The notes under the pieces are model-generated. The model saw only the letters and a list, made by a program, of their open reading frames with translations, searched no databases and was not told the origin of the DNA. From positions 8,142-72,141 of IMG/VR virus record IMGVR_UViG_2912740531_000001: DNA of 64,000 nucleotides; one strand, written 5' to 3'. The position numbers and the translations under genes are program-made. The stretch comes from a virus. Its lineage: Duplodnaviria > Caudoviricetes. This document shows positions 19,191 to 28,715 of the stretch, in pieces (the first letter of the stretch is position 1; every line of letters begins with the position of its first letter).

Positions 19191-20165
19191 TCAGATCTCC
19201 TCGTCGTCCGGGGCCTCGACGAACTCGACGTCGGCGATGATCGACGTCCCGGCGTCCACGGAGACGTCCCCCGTCTCCGCCTTGTACATGTAGGTCTGCA
19301 GGCGGAGGGTCTGCGTCGTGCCGCGCTTGGACGATGGCACGCTCATGTTGTCGGCCACCACGACGGTTTGGCGGCGAATATTGGCGCCTTGGTCGTCATC
19401 AATGACTGTGTCCTGGCCAGGGTCCCCACCAAAGACGCTGTGCATCTTGGCGAAGACGTCAGCCCTGGTGAAGCGCAGGCCAGCCACGGTGACGACGATC
19501 TTCGCGCGGGTGGCCCACAGCGGCACGTCAATGTCCCAGCTCGCCACACCGGGCCAGTTGTGCCACTTGTTATCGGAGTAGCCGAGCGTGCTCAGTGACG
19601 TAGGGAAGACGGTGTAGAGGCGACGGTCCCGCCGCGGACTCACCATCGACCGCAGATCCTTGATCATGGCCTGAGTGATGGCGCTGGTGTTGGCCGGGAT
19701 GTCGATACGGGCGAGCGCAATGGCGGAGTCCGATGCGCGCACTTGGCTGACGCGTGTTGTCGTGCGGGGCACGCCGCTGATGACCCGGGTGAAGATGTAC
19801 GGTCCCACCGTCGGATCCGCTGGATTGGGCCACGTCTCCCCGAAGGAGTACGGGTTCTCGACCCGAGCCACGATGAGATCGGAGCGGGGAGATACCCCAG
19901 TCGCAGCGATGTCGACACTGTCGGCCGTCGGCAACCGCCCCGCGTACGCCTGATACGCCGCGCCGGCGGCCCGGTTCACGATGGCGCACGCCCCGGTCGT
20001 CACCTGCACTTCGGCCCCGGGAGAGGACAAGGCTCTCACTCGCAAGTCTCTGGAGCCGACCACGCCCTCCGCCCCTCCGAACGCGGCGAACGCCAGCAGG
20101 CGCGCAACCTCCGAACTGTGCTGGGCGCCGCCCTCGGTGAACCACGGCACGCTGTCCCACGCCAT
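19191..20165 (-). CDS. Minor tail protein
   Basis: PRSDLIVARVENP and IALARIDIPANTSAITQAMIKDLR typical of actinophage minor tails. Confidence 0.8.
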   Translation of the reverse strand: MAWDSVPWFTEGGAQHSSEVARLLAFAAFGGAEGVVGSRDLRVRALSSPGAEVQVTTGACAIVNRAAGAAYQAYAGRLPTADSVDIAATGVSPRSDLIVARVENPYSFGETWPNPADPTVGPYIFTRVISGVPRTTTRVSQVRASDSAIALARIDIPANTSAITQAMIKDLRSMVSPRRDRRLYTVFPTSLSTLGYSDNKWHNWPGVASWDIDVPLWATRAKIVVTVAGLRFTRADVFAKMHSVFGGDPGQDTVIDDDQGANIRRQTVVVADNMSVPSSKRGTTQTLRLQTYMYKAETGDVSVDAGTSIIADVEFVEAPDDEEI

Positions 20166-20220
20166 GACTGTCTACCTCCGCTGCTCGATGCTTGGCAGCG
20201 GAATGTGGCCAGAGCCGGGG

Positions 20221-20232
20221 GCTTGTGTCGCG
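20221..20232 (-). promoter_or_regulatory. Phage promoter motif copy (CGCGACACAAGC-N13-CACATT)
   Basis: Intergenic, consensus match. Confidence 0.75.
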
Positions 20233-20242
20233 CCGTCGAGGA

Positions 20243-21184
20243 TCACAGGTAGGCGTAGGCGTCCCGCCAGGCCACCGTCATGTAGGCCGTGCCGGTTGCG
20301 TCAGTGCCACGCAGCACAAAGTCCTGCGTGCCCAGGGGGAGTTTCATGTCCTTCAGCCGCGGCGTGCCGCGGGTGAGGAGGCCGGCCACCGAGGCGTTGC
20401 CGTTACGCAGCACGGTCCGTGCCCAGGGGCGGGTGTCAATCACGACGCGTTCACCGACTCCGAGGGTCAGGTCGAGTCCGGCCTTCCAACGGCCGACGAC
20501 GTCACACACGGGATTCGTGATCGGGCCGTAGATCGTGATGACCGGCCAAGCGGGCTTCGTACCACCCACCGTGACTTCGCCAGCAACCTTCCCGGAGCCC
20601 TCCCCGGTCATCGTCAATGGCGTCGTGAGCGGCCCCACCAGGCCGTGGTGATCGGGTGGCACCAGATCGATGCGAACCTTCTGCTCGACATCGTCGTAGG
20701 CCGTGGAGTCCAGACATACAAACGTGCACACCACGGGTGTGTAGCCCTGCCGAGTCAGTTTCGATCCGGCCGGTGCCGCCTTCCGCGGGCGTCCGTAGAA
20801 GCGGCGGGCGCGGCCGCCCTGCGTGGTCCTGAGTACCGCTGGGGTGGCGAAGCGTCTACGGACCGCTTCGGCGTCCCAGGCCTGCAGCATTGTTGACACG
20901 GCACTGAGGTTCGCATCGTGTCGCCCGAGCTGGGTCGGGGCCTCGTCGACAGCGTCCACGCCCACCTCGAAGGTGATGGTGGCCTGGCCGCGGTAGTCCT
21001 GCCCGAGCCGGGCCCCGTCCTCCTGCGGCATGGGCACGTCGCCGGCGTCGACGTCGGCGTAGGTGATCTCGTACGGCTCGATCAGGTAGTAGCCGGACGC
21101 GATAGTGCCGAAGGTGAAGTTCGCGCCCGGGTGGACCTCGTTGGCGCTGTAGGAGAGGTTCCATTCGCCCTCACGCAGTGGCAT
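20243..21184 (-). CDS. Distal tail protein (Dit-like)
   Basis: Immediately after the tape measure; AWPVITIYGPITNP and VAWRDAY. Confidence 0.8.
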   Translation of the reverse strand: MPLREGEWNLSYSANEVHPGANFTFGTIASGYYLIEPYEITYADVDAGDVPMPQEDGARLGQDYRGQATITFEVGVDAVDEAPTQLGRHDANLSAVSTMLQAWDAEAVRRRFATPAVLRTTQGGRARRFYGRPRKAAPAGSKLTRQGYTPVVCTFVCLDSTAYDDVEQKVRIDLVPPDHHGLVGPLTTPLTMTGEGSGKVAGEVTVGGTKPAWPVITIYGPITNPVCDVVGRWKAGLDLTLGVGERVVIDTRPWARTVLRNGNASVAGLLTRGTPRLKDMKLPLGTQDFVLRGTDATGTAYMTVAWRDAYAYL

Positions 21185-24100
21185 GTGCACCTCCTCGACG
21201 GATACGGCGCAGCTCGAACAGGGCGCTGTTCAGGGCGTCGCCCGGAGTCATCGGGGCGCCGGTCATGGTCAGGTTGAGGTCACCGCCGACGAGTGCAGCG
21301 GCGGCCGGGGCGGTGCTCACCCGGGTGCGGGCTGCGCTTGCCGTGTTGGAGCTGCGGACGGCACCGGAGGCGTACTGGCGCATGGCTCCCTGGGCGAAGT
21401 ACACGACCTGGCCACCGAACATCTCCGCGACCCGCTGGAGGATGGCCTCGCTGCGCTTGCGTTTGCTGGGGGCCAGGGGGATGTACGCCTCGCCCTGTGT
21501 CTCCGGCTCATTCCATATGCGTATTTCACCCGGCTTTCCGATCTGTGCGATGTGCCGTTCGGCGCCGGCCGCGAATGCCTTGATCCGGCTGGCAGCCGCG
21601 CGGATGCCGCCGTTGGCGTAGTGGACGATGCCGCCGTCCGCATGCGTCCGCACAACGGAGGGCTTGCCTGACTCGCTGTACTGGACGGTGACGTGGATGG
21701 TGCGGCCGGTGAGTCCGTTGATGCGGTCCTGGATGCGCTGCACCTGGGCCAAGGGCGTGGCGTTGGGCGCCGTGATCTCGATCTTCTTGCCCTTGAGGTC
21801 CTTGACTTTGTAGCCGAGATCCTTGATTGCCTGCTGTGCTACCGCGGTCGGCGCTTCCATCTTGAGCTTCTTGCCGGGCGGCAGACCGGCGACCTTGTCG
21901 CGGATCGCCTGGAGATCGCCGGTGGCCTGCCTGATGATCGCCTGGACGGTGACCTTCTTCTTGTTCGGGGCGGTGGCGATGTCCTTGGACAGGGCGGCGA
22001 TGTTCACGCGCGCCCCGCCGGTCGGGGCCGTGACCGACACCTTCTTGCTGCCAGGAATCCGCTGCACGGTGAAGCCGAGGGCCGCGAGCTGTGCGCGCGC
22101 CTCGGCCGTGGGCGCCTTGATCTGTACGGCCTTGCCGGGCGGGAGGCTCTCCAGCTTGCTGCGCAGGCCGAGGACCTCGGCGGTTGCGGCCGGGATTCCC
22201 TGAGCGGTGACGAGGGTGGTGATGGTGTCCGGGATGAATCCCATCTGGTCGGCGAGTGCCTTGGCCTGGTCCTTGGGGATGCCCATGCTCGTGGCGAGTT
22301 CAATGGCCTTCGCACGGGCCCGCTCCATCGCCCCATTGCTCTGGTCCATGGCCTGGGACATCGGTATGAGGCCCTGCTCCCCGGCCTCCATCGCCCGGGT
22401 TGCCACGCCCAGCATGCTGTCGCGCAGCTCCTGGAGCTGCGTGTTGAGGGTCTGGCCATTCCGGGAAGCGGTGTTGACCAGTCCGTCGGCGCCGACGAGG
22501 GCCTTCCCCCAGCCTTCGGCACGCGTGATGTTGCCCTTCATGGTGTCATCGACCTGGAGCATCACGGCGTTGAGCTGGGCCTGAGCGTCATGGAAGCTCT
22601 GCGTGTTGCCGTTGAGGGCATCCAGTGCCCGCTTGAGGGCATCGGTGCGTTCGTCTGCCGTCTTGGTCTTGTCACTGAAGGTCTGCACCGCGGCCTGCAG
22701 GCGGGTGTAGGAGTCCGTGCCGGTGGTGCCCGACTTGTTGATTGCGTCGGCGAGTTCCTTGTGCTTCTTCTGGCTCTCCTCGAGCTCACCCTTCACGGCG
22801 CCGAGGGCGTCCTTCGCGCGGATCGCGGCCAAGCCCTCGTCGTCCCACGACTGCGCAGCTCCCTGCGCCGTGGTGATCCACTCTTCGTGGTCGTCGGCTG
22901 TCTGCTGGAGCTGCTTCTGCAGCTCTCCGAGGGTCGTGCCCTGGCCGAGGTAGGCGTTCGTCAGCTCGCCGAGGCTGACGCCCGCCTTGCGCATCATGTC
23001 GACCAGCTTTCCCTTGCCGTCGGCGAGCTCCGTGTCCTGCAGGAGCTGCGCGGCCTGGGCGCGGACGTTCGCGTCGATCGCGCCGCCGGACGCGACCAGA
23101 GCATCGGTCAGGGACTTCACTCGTTCCTGGTGAGCCTGGGTGGCACGGGCGGCTTCTTCCTGCCGGGAGGCGAGGAGGCCGAGACCGATGGTGATGCCCG
23201 CGATGGCGAGACCGAGCGGACCACCCAGGGCGGACGTGATGCCGCCGATGGCCCTGGAGGCAACCCTGTTGGCTGCGCCGATCCCCCGCAGTGTGCCGGT
23301 CAGCCGGTTGCCCTGCGCGGCCGCGCCGGAGTACGCCAGGCCCATGCGCTGCCACATGGTGATCTGCGGGCCCATTACCCCGGCGCCCATGGTGCCGCGC
23401 ATGGTGGTGCCGAGCGTGCGCACGGAGGTACCTGCGGCCGTGACCGAGGTGCCGAAGGAGCGCAGCATGCCGGCGACGCCGCTGATCACCTTCAGGGCGA
23501 GCATCGTGCCCAGGAACGTGGCCAGGACCGTGGTCGCCCCCGGGACGATGTTCATGATCGAGTTGAAGACCTCGAGTAGCCCGCTGAAGGCCAGGAGCAG
23601 TACACCGAGGCCGGTTCCGGCGGACGACAGGTTCCCGATCGCTGTGGCGATGTTCGAGATGACGGAGATGAGCGCGGGCCCGACGGATTGACCGAGGGCG
23701 TTGAAGAAGGTGCCGAGGGCAGGCATCAACTCGGTTCTGATCTGTCGGACCAGGTCGAGGATTCCGCCGTCCCGCATGGACCGACCGAGCCCGCGCATGA
23801 GGTCCCCGAACAGGGCGTTGACCTCGTGGAAGACGGGCGCCGCGTCGCTGAAAAACTGCTCCATGGCGCGCTGGCCGGCGCCCGAGGTCGCCCAGCGCTC
23901 AAACCTCAGCATGCTGCCCTCGAGCCCGTCGAGCAGCGCGTTGCCGGTGTCCATGGCCGCGCGGCCGACACCACCGAGTCCCTTGATCAGGCTGCCGGTG
24001 GTCCGACCGAGCTGCGCGGCCTTGTCTCCCGCGTGGTCTAGGAACTTGGCGAGGCTGCCGGTCTCCCGGCCGGCCTGCACGGACGCCCGGAACCACTGCG

Positions 24101-25208
24101 TCAGTCGCTTGCCGCCCTTGGCGACCCGCTCAGTGAACGGCCCGGAAGCCACCAGGAAGTCCAGAGTGGCGCGGCCCATGTTGGCCAGGCCGTCCGTCAT
24201 GTGGCTGATGACGCGGGAGTTGGTGCCCGCGATCGTCTTGAAGTCCCTGCGGAACGGACCGGTCTGCATGAACTTCGCGCCGCGCTCCGCCAGAGACCCC
24301 ATCTGGGAGGCCGAGTCGCCCAGGGCGTCCTCGAGGAGCGGGAACACCGACTTCGCCAGGGGCTTGATGTCGTCGGCGACCTTGCTGAAAAACCGCTCGC
24401 TGACGGCCATGCGGACCTTGCCCCACGCCACTTGCAGCGAGGACACCGCGGATACCGCCTCACGGGCCGAGGGAGAGAGCTTGTCCAGCGCCTCCTTGAC
24501 CTTCTTCTGCTGCGCCTCGGTGACCTTGCCGTCCCGGGCGAGCATCTGCTGCGCCTTGACCGACTCCTTGAGGGCGTCGCCGAAGCCCTTGAAGGCGACC
24601 GTCGTGCCGATCGCCGCGGTGGCGCCCGCTGTGATCAGGCCGGGTATCGCGCCGAGGACACCGACCGCGGGCGCGGCCGCGGAGACGAGGGCGGTCAGCC
24701 CGGCGCCGTACTGGCCGATGAGGGCGACCGCAGGCTGCAGCAGGGAGACGACGGCGCCGACACCGAGCATGCGCAGGCCACGGCCGCGGCCCGGCAGGCG
24801 GAAGTTGACCGGGACGTTGACCGGGTTGCGGTCGGCTTCGCCCTGGGCGCCCGCGATGAGTCCGCGGAGTCGGCCGAGGAGTCCACCGCCCGAGCCGTCG
24901 CCGTCCCCGTCCGGGCGGACGGGGAGGTTCAGGTCGGCGTCGTCGATGCGTCGTCGGATGCCGTCGAGGGAGGCGCGGAGCCGGTCCTCGTCGATCTCGA
25001 CGCGGATCTTTGCGGTGACGCCCTTGGACGCCTCCTTGACCGCTTCCTTGAGCCGTCGCTTGAGGCCCTTGGAGTCGACCTCGACTTTGACCTTGGCGGC
25101 CAGACCTTCGGCGGCCGTCTCGACTGACGTGCGGAGCTTCTCCGCGAAGCCGGCCAGGTTGGCGACGACCGGAACTTCGAGACGCCCGGCCTGCAGGCCC
25201 TCAGCCAC
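21171..25208 (-). CDS. Tape measure protein
   Basis: 1345 aa, Ala/Gly-rich helical, hydrophobic centre, C-terminal HADGG/YANGG and EPETQGEAYIPL. Confidence 0.92.
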   Translation of the reverse strand: MAEGLQAGRLEVPVVANLAGFAEKLRTSVETAAEGLAAKVKVEVDSKGLKRRLKEAVKEASKGVTAKIRVEIDEDRLRASLDGIRRRIDDADLNLPVRPDGDGDGSGGGLLGRLRGLIAGAQGEADRNPVNVPVNFRLPGRGRGLRMLGVGAVVSLLQPAVALIGQYGAGLTALVSAAAPAVGVLGAIPGLITAGATAAIGTTVAFKGFGDALKESVKAQQMLARDGKVTEAQQKKVKEALDKLSPSAREAVSAVSSLQVAWGKVRMAVSERFFSKVADDIKPLAKSVFPLLEDALGDSASQMGSLAERGAKFMQTGPFRRDFKTIAGTNSRVISHMTDGLANMGRATLDFLVASGPFTERVAKGGKRLTQWFRASVQAGRETGSLAKFLDHAGDKAAQLGRTTGSLIKGLGGVGRAAMDTGNALLDGLEGSMLRFERWATSGAGQRAMEQFFSDAAPVFHEVNALFGDLMRGLGRSMRDGGILDLVRQIRTELMPALGTFFNALGQSVGPALISVISNIATAIGNLSSAGTGLGVLLLAFSGLLEVFNSIMNIVPGATTVLATFLGTMLALKVISGVAGMLRSFGTSVTAAGTSVRTLGTTMRGTMGAGVMGPQITMWQRMGLAYSGAAAQGNRLTGTLRGIGAANRVASRAIGGITSALGGPLGLAIAGITIGLGLLASRQEEAARATQAHQERVKSLTDALVASGGAIDANVRAQAAQLLQDTELADGKGKLVDMMRKAGVSLGELTNAYLGQGTTLGELQKQLQQTADDHEEWITTAQGAAQSWDDEGLAAIRAKDALGAVKGELEESQKKHKELADAINKSGTTGTDSYTRLQAAVQTFSDKTKTADERTDALKRALDALNGNTQSFHDAQAQLNAVMLQVDDTMKGNITRAEGWGKALVGADGLVNTASRNGQTLNTQLQELRDSMLGVATRAMEAGEQGLIPMSQAMDQSNGAMERARAKAIELATSMGIPKDQAKALADQMGFIPDTITTLVTAQGIPAATAEVLGLRSKLESLPPGKAVQIKAPTAEARAQLAALGFTVQRIPGSKKVSVTAPTGGARVNIAALSKDIATAPNKKKVTVQAIIRQATGDLQAIRDKVAGLPPGKKLKMEAPTAVAQQAIKDLGYKVKDLKGKKIEITAPNATPLAQVQRIQDRINGLTGRTIHVTVQYSESGKPSVVRTHADGGIVHYANGGIRAAASRIKAFAAGAERHIAQIGKPGEIRIWNEPETQGEAYIPLAPSKRKRSEAILQRVAEMFGGQVVYFAQGAMRQYASGAVRSSNTASAARTRVSTAPAAAALVGGDLNLTMTGAPMTPGDALNSALFELRRIRRGGAHATA

Positions 25209-25647
25209 TGCGGACCATTCCTCTCTGCATGGCCGCCATGAGCATTTGCCTGTGGCCGGTCATGCGGGGTGCCTGCGGTTCCGGGGTGGGCTGCTGCGGC
25301 CGGGGTGGGCTGCCGTGGCCGCTGCGCGTCGTGGTGCCGGAGCGCGGCGGGCGAACGATGGTGGTGGGCTCCTCACGCCGTTTGTCGGCGGCGAGAATGC
25401 CGATCTCCTCGACGATCAGCGCCAGCAGCTCCAGGACGTTGTGCCAGCCGCCGAGCGGGGCGGACCGGACCCGGGAGTCGTCTGGGAGGCCGTCGACGAG
25501 GGAGATCAGTCGTCGGAGTCCAAGGAATGCGGGTTGTCCGGGACGAAGCCAGACGCGTCGGGCGTCGACTCCGTGGTAGTGGGAGAGGTCGGACTCGACG
25601 TCGCTCCAGCGGTCTCGGAGGAGTCGGCCGACCGAAAGAGCTTTCCC
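25201..25647 (-). CDS. Tail assembly chaperone extension (gpT-like), made by -1 frameshift
   Basis: Slippery GGGAAAG at 25641-25647; the -1 frame is open as ALSVGRLLRDRWSDVESDLSHYHGVD to TGA at 25201 and has no start of its own. Confidence 0.85.
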   Translation of the reverse strand, partial: GKALSVGRLLRDRWSDVESDLSHYHGVDARRVWLRPGQPAFLGLRRLISLVDGLPDDSRVRSAPLGGWHNVLELLALIVEEIGILAADKRREEPTTIVRPPRSGTTTRSGHGSPPRPQQPTPEPQAPRMTGHRQMLMAAMQRGMVRSG

Positions 25648-26036
25648 AACTCCACCCCGTAGACGCGGGCCAGGCCGGTCGTCAGCCGGACGTAGTCGGG
25701 TACGGACGGCTTCCGCTTGAGGAAGTCCTCGGTCTGGTCCTCGAGGAGGATGGCGTACGTCTCGCGGATCGCCTCGAGGAACTTGCGTGGCAGGGACGGG
25801 CGCCGGAACAGGGCGTTGACGACGTCCTTGATGCCGGCGTCGCCGTCGGCGGAGTTGATGACGTCGCCGAGGAGGCCGACCAGGTCCAGCTCGTCGGACA
25901 GGATCGGGTCGAGGGCCGCGGCCGGCAGCTCCGCCGGGAGGATGAACTGTTCGCCGCGGAACTTCACGGGGATGCCGTCGGGGTGCTGAACCTCGCGGCG
26001 TTCGGCGTCCAGGTCGATGACGAACGATGACGACAT
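25506..26036 (-). CDS. Tail assembly chaperone (gpG-like)
   Basis: Between major tail and tape measure; contains LGK at the slippery site. Confidence 0.85.
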   Translation of the reverse strand: MSSSFVIDLDAERREVQHPDGIPVKFRGEQFILPAELPAAALDPILSDELDLVGLLGDVINSADGDAGIKDVVNALFRRPSLPRKFLEAIRETYAILLEDQTEDFLKRKPSVPDYVRLTTGLARVYGVELGKLFRSADSSETAGATSSPTSPTTTESTPDASGFVPDNPHSLDSDD

Positions 26037-26110
26037 GTGCGTGACCTCTTCATGAGTGCGTAGCTGGGTTGCCGTGTTTGGCAGCGCGCGGACAGTGGCA
26101 GCGCTGCGCG

Positions 26111-26122
26111 GCTTGTGTCGCG
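26111..26122 (-). promoter_or_regulatory. Phage promoter motif copy (CGCGACACAAGC-N13-CACTGT)
   Basis: Intergenic, consensus match. Confidence 0.75.
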
Positions 26123-26176
26123 GCGTGCGGCCGCCCTCGCCTCACGGCGCGAGGAAGGGGCGGCCGCAGGCCTGGG

Positions 26177-27010
26177 TCACGCGTAGGTGAAGCCGCCGGT
26201 CTTGGTGACGCTGCCGCCCGCGGTCGTGACGATCACGTCCTTGGCGCCGGAGGTGCTGGCCGGAGTGGTGACGGTGAGCTTGGTGTCGCTCTCGACCGTC
26301 AGGTCGGTACCGGCCGTGCCTCCGAAGGTCACGGCGGTCGCGGTGTCGAGGTCGGTTCCGACGATCATGACGGCAGTGCCGCCCGCGACCGGGCCCGTGC
26401 TCGGCGTCACGGTGGCGATGGTGGGCACCGGGGGTTGGAATGCCGGGTCGTCCGTCAGCACGTACCACGGATCCGTGTCGTCGCCACCCTGGACGGCCAG
26501 GCGCAGCGGGAGCACGGACTCCTTGGTCTTGGCGAGATCCTTGGAGACGCCTTCCATCTGCATGGTGCGAGGGATGACGTAGCGGTAGTGCTTGCCGCCG
26601 TCGATGATCTCGATGCACCCGGCGATTTCAGTGCGGCCCCCGATGCGGGGCGGGGCGAACTTGAAGTGCTTCGGGCCGCCCCCGGAGGGGGTGACGGCCG
26701 TGATGCGGCCGCCGCCGTACACCGCCCGGAAGTTCTTGCCGGACCACTGCTGCAGGTCCACCTCGACGGTCGCGGCATCCGTCGTCTGGAAGGTCCGGGT
26801 GGGGTACGAGGACTGGGCGCTGCGGACCTGCTCGAAGTTCGGCTCAGAGTTGAACTTGAGCGAGTCTTCGGTGAACAGGCCGACTGTGTACCAGCCCGCG
26901 GGCATTGCCACCGTGGCATCGGCCGGGGCTGCCGTCCCGACGGGGGCCAGCCACAGGCGGCTGAGCTGAGGGATGAGAATCTCGTTGTTGTTCGTGGTCT
27001 CGCCAGCCAT
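26177..27010 (-). CDS. Major tail protein with C-terminal IPT/TIG domain
   Basis: LWLAPVGTAAP and GLFTEDSL tail-tube pattern; PTIATVTPSTGPVAGGT to GGFTY IPT domain. Confidence 0.85.
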   Translation of the reverse strand: MAGETTNNNEILIPQLSRLWLAPVGTAAPADATVAMPAGWYTVGLFTEDSLKFNSEPNFEQVRSAQSSYPTRTFQTTDAATVEVDLQQWSGKNFRAVYGGGRITAVTPSGGGPKHFKFAPPRIGGRTEIAGCIEIIDGGKHYRYVIPRTMQMEGVSKDLAKTKESVLPLRLAVQGGDDTDPWYVLTDDPAFQPPVPTIATVTPSTGPVAGGTAVMIVGTDLDTATAVTFGGTAGTDLTVESDTKLTVTTPASTSGAKDVIVTTAGGSVTKTGGFTYA

Positions 27011-27068
27011 GGCGGGCTTCTCCTTGGTGTCCGGTGCTAAGGCGCGGACACCTTGGAGAGCTGGGGTG

Positions 27069-27080
27069 GTTAACGTCGCG
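27069..27080 (-). promoter_or_regulatory. Phage promoter motif copy (CGCGACGTTAAC-N13-CAAGGT)
   Basis: Intergenic, upstream of the major tail gene. Confidence 0.75.
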
Positions 27081-27083
27081 TCG

Positions 27084-27509
27084 TCACGGGTGGAGGGTGA
27101 CAGAGAGGTTCATGACCCACCTGGGTTGGCCGTCGACGAGGGGGCTCCACAGCAGCAGGCCCGACGGCTTGATGCCGCTGATGACCGGCCGGCCGGGGAC
27201 ATGGGGCGCCTCCCCCAGATCCTGCGCGGCCGCGGCGCACCGCAGCAGGATCTGCCGCAGTTCGGCCTTGCCCGGCCAGCCGCCGGGATCGCCGTACACC
27301 TCGAGCGTCACCTCCGGGGCGATGGCCCAATTCAGGTCCCGCAGGTCCCCGCCGGGGCCGTGGTCGATGCGCAGGTGCGGCCAGGGTGCCTCTTGGATTC
27401 CGGACACACGGCCGGGGCCGCCGAGCGCGTCGGCGACCGCCGGGTGTTCCTGCAGCCAGGCGAGGATCGCGGAGACCGGATCCGCGTCCGCCAGGGTGAG
27501 CTCGCTCAT
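27084..27509 (-). CDS. Tail terminator / neck protein
   Basis: About 140 aa, immediately upstream of the major tail gene. Confidence 0.65.
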   Translation of the reverse strand: MSELTLADADPVSAILAWLQEHPAVADALGGPGRVSGIQEAPWPHLRIDHGPGGDLRDLNWAIAPEVTLEVYGDPGGWPGKAELRQILLRCAAAAQDLGEAPHVPGRPVISGIKPSGLLLWSPLVDGQPRWVMNLSVTLHP

Positions 27510-27787
27510 CAAACCTGGGTGGCGTAGCCCTGGCCGTGCAGCCGGTGGGCGTAGTCCGGGGAGACGAGGAGCTCGGCGCCCGGCGGGTAGTCGGTGCCGT
27601 CGATAGCGTGGTGGTGCGCCAGGGTGACGGTGACCGGTTCGACGCCGGTGGGCAGGGCGGGGCCGACGACGTCCGGGTCCGGGGCCGGCCTGCGGGAGGG
27701 ACGGGCCGGGGCAGCCCCGGAGACGTCCGCGGCGGACTCTTCCGCCGCGGCGTCCGCGGCGGGCTTCTTGGTGGTGTTCGTAGCCAT
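27509..27787 (-). CDS. Small hypothetical virion-region protein
   Basis: Start re-called at MATNTTKK, 7 nt after the motif-linked -10 box. Confidence 0.65.
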   Translation of the reverse strand: MATNTTKKPAADAAAEESAADVSGAAPARPSRRPAPDPDVVGPALPTGVEPVTVTLAHHHAIDGTDYPPGAELLVSPDYAHRLHGQGYATQV

Positions 27788-27812
27788 GGCGCGCACTGTG
27801 CGCGCCCGGCCC

Positions 27813-27824
27813 GCTTGTGTCGCG
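27813..27824 (-). promoter_or_regulatory. Phage promoter motif copy (CGCGACACAAGC-N12-CACAGT), probably leaderless
   Basis: Consensus match. Confidence 0.75.
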
Positions 27825-27827
27825 TCG

Positions 27828-28364
27828 TCAGCGGCGGGCGGCGACGATGGCGGCCGCGCGGGACATGAAGTGTGTGCCGTCGGCGCGCAGGTTGCCCGGG
27901 TAGACGGTGCCCACCTCGGCCTCGACAACCATGGGGGCCTGGACGGAGACGGTGACTGTAACCTTCTTCCCGGCGACGACCGGCTGCCCGGTGTTGATGT
28001 GCCGGGCGATGCCCTGCGGGTCCTTGTGCGCTCGGCAGCGGCAGTTCTTGAGGTTGGCGACGGCCCGAGAGCTCTCGTCGAGCGGCTCGAGCATGTACGT
28101 CGTGGGGCCCACGCCGCGGTGCACCATGTCCCAGCGCATGGAGTCGATCGAGAAGCGCAGGTTCCCGGGGACTTCCTGCCCGTTGGCGGAGACGTGGGTG
28201 GGGCGGACCTTGTCGTCGCCCATGGTCACCCAGCGCTTGGTAGGCGGGGCCAGCCGCTTCGCCTCCACCTCGACCTGGTGGGCGATCCGCTGCACCGCGG
28301 GGGCCAGCATGCGGGCGAGCTGCTCCTCCAAGCCCTGCGCGGGGGTGAACTTCGCGTCAGCCAT
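27828..28364 (-). CDS. HK97 gp10-like tail completion protein with an inserted MuF-like motif
   Basis: AKRLAP and VVEAEVGT gp10-like ends enclose KRWVTMGDDKVRPTH and NCRC. Confidence 0.6.
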   Translation of the reverse strand: MADAKFTPAQGLEEQLARMLAPAVQRIAHQVEVEAKRLAPPTKRWVTMGDDKVRPTHVSANGQEVPGNLRFSIDSMRWDMVHRGVGPTTYMLEPLDESSRAVANLKNCRCRAHKDPQGIARHINTGQPVVAGKKVTVTVSVQAPMVVEAEVGTVYPGNLRADGTHFMSRAAAIVAARR

Positions 28365-28705
28365 CACGGCACCTCGGGCGGGTTGAGCGTGGCAGTGGCC
28401 TGCACGTAATCGACATCCGGGACGCCGGGGACCGCGTGCTCGCGGGTGCTCGACAGCGTCCAGGACCGGCCGGTCTCGTCGGAGAGGGTGTCGCCCTCCT
28501 TGACCGGCCAGGCCTGCGGATCGAGCCGTACCGACCATGAACCGTCGGGCTGCTCGAGGACCGACCCGGGCCAGGTGCCGCGCGGGGCCGGCTTCTGGTT
28601 GGGGTTCGGCGGTACGGGCACGCCGTTGGCGTCGCGCACCCAAGGGTGAGCGAGCACGTACACCGTGAGCATGGCGTTCGGCAGCACGACGGCCACGGTC
28701 GTCAA
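28364..28705 (-). CDS. Head closure / head-tail adaptor
   Basis: Size and position; VKEGDTLSDETGRSW. Confidence 0.6.
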   Translation of the reverse strand: MTTVAVVLPNAMLTVYVLAHPWVRDANGVPVPPNPNQKPAPRGTWPGSVLEQPDGSWSVRLDPQAWPVKEGDTLSDETGRSWTLSSTREHAVPGVPDVDYVQATATLNPPEVP

Positions 28706-28715
28706 CTCTCTTTCG

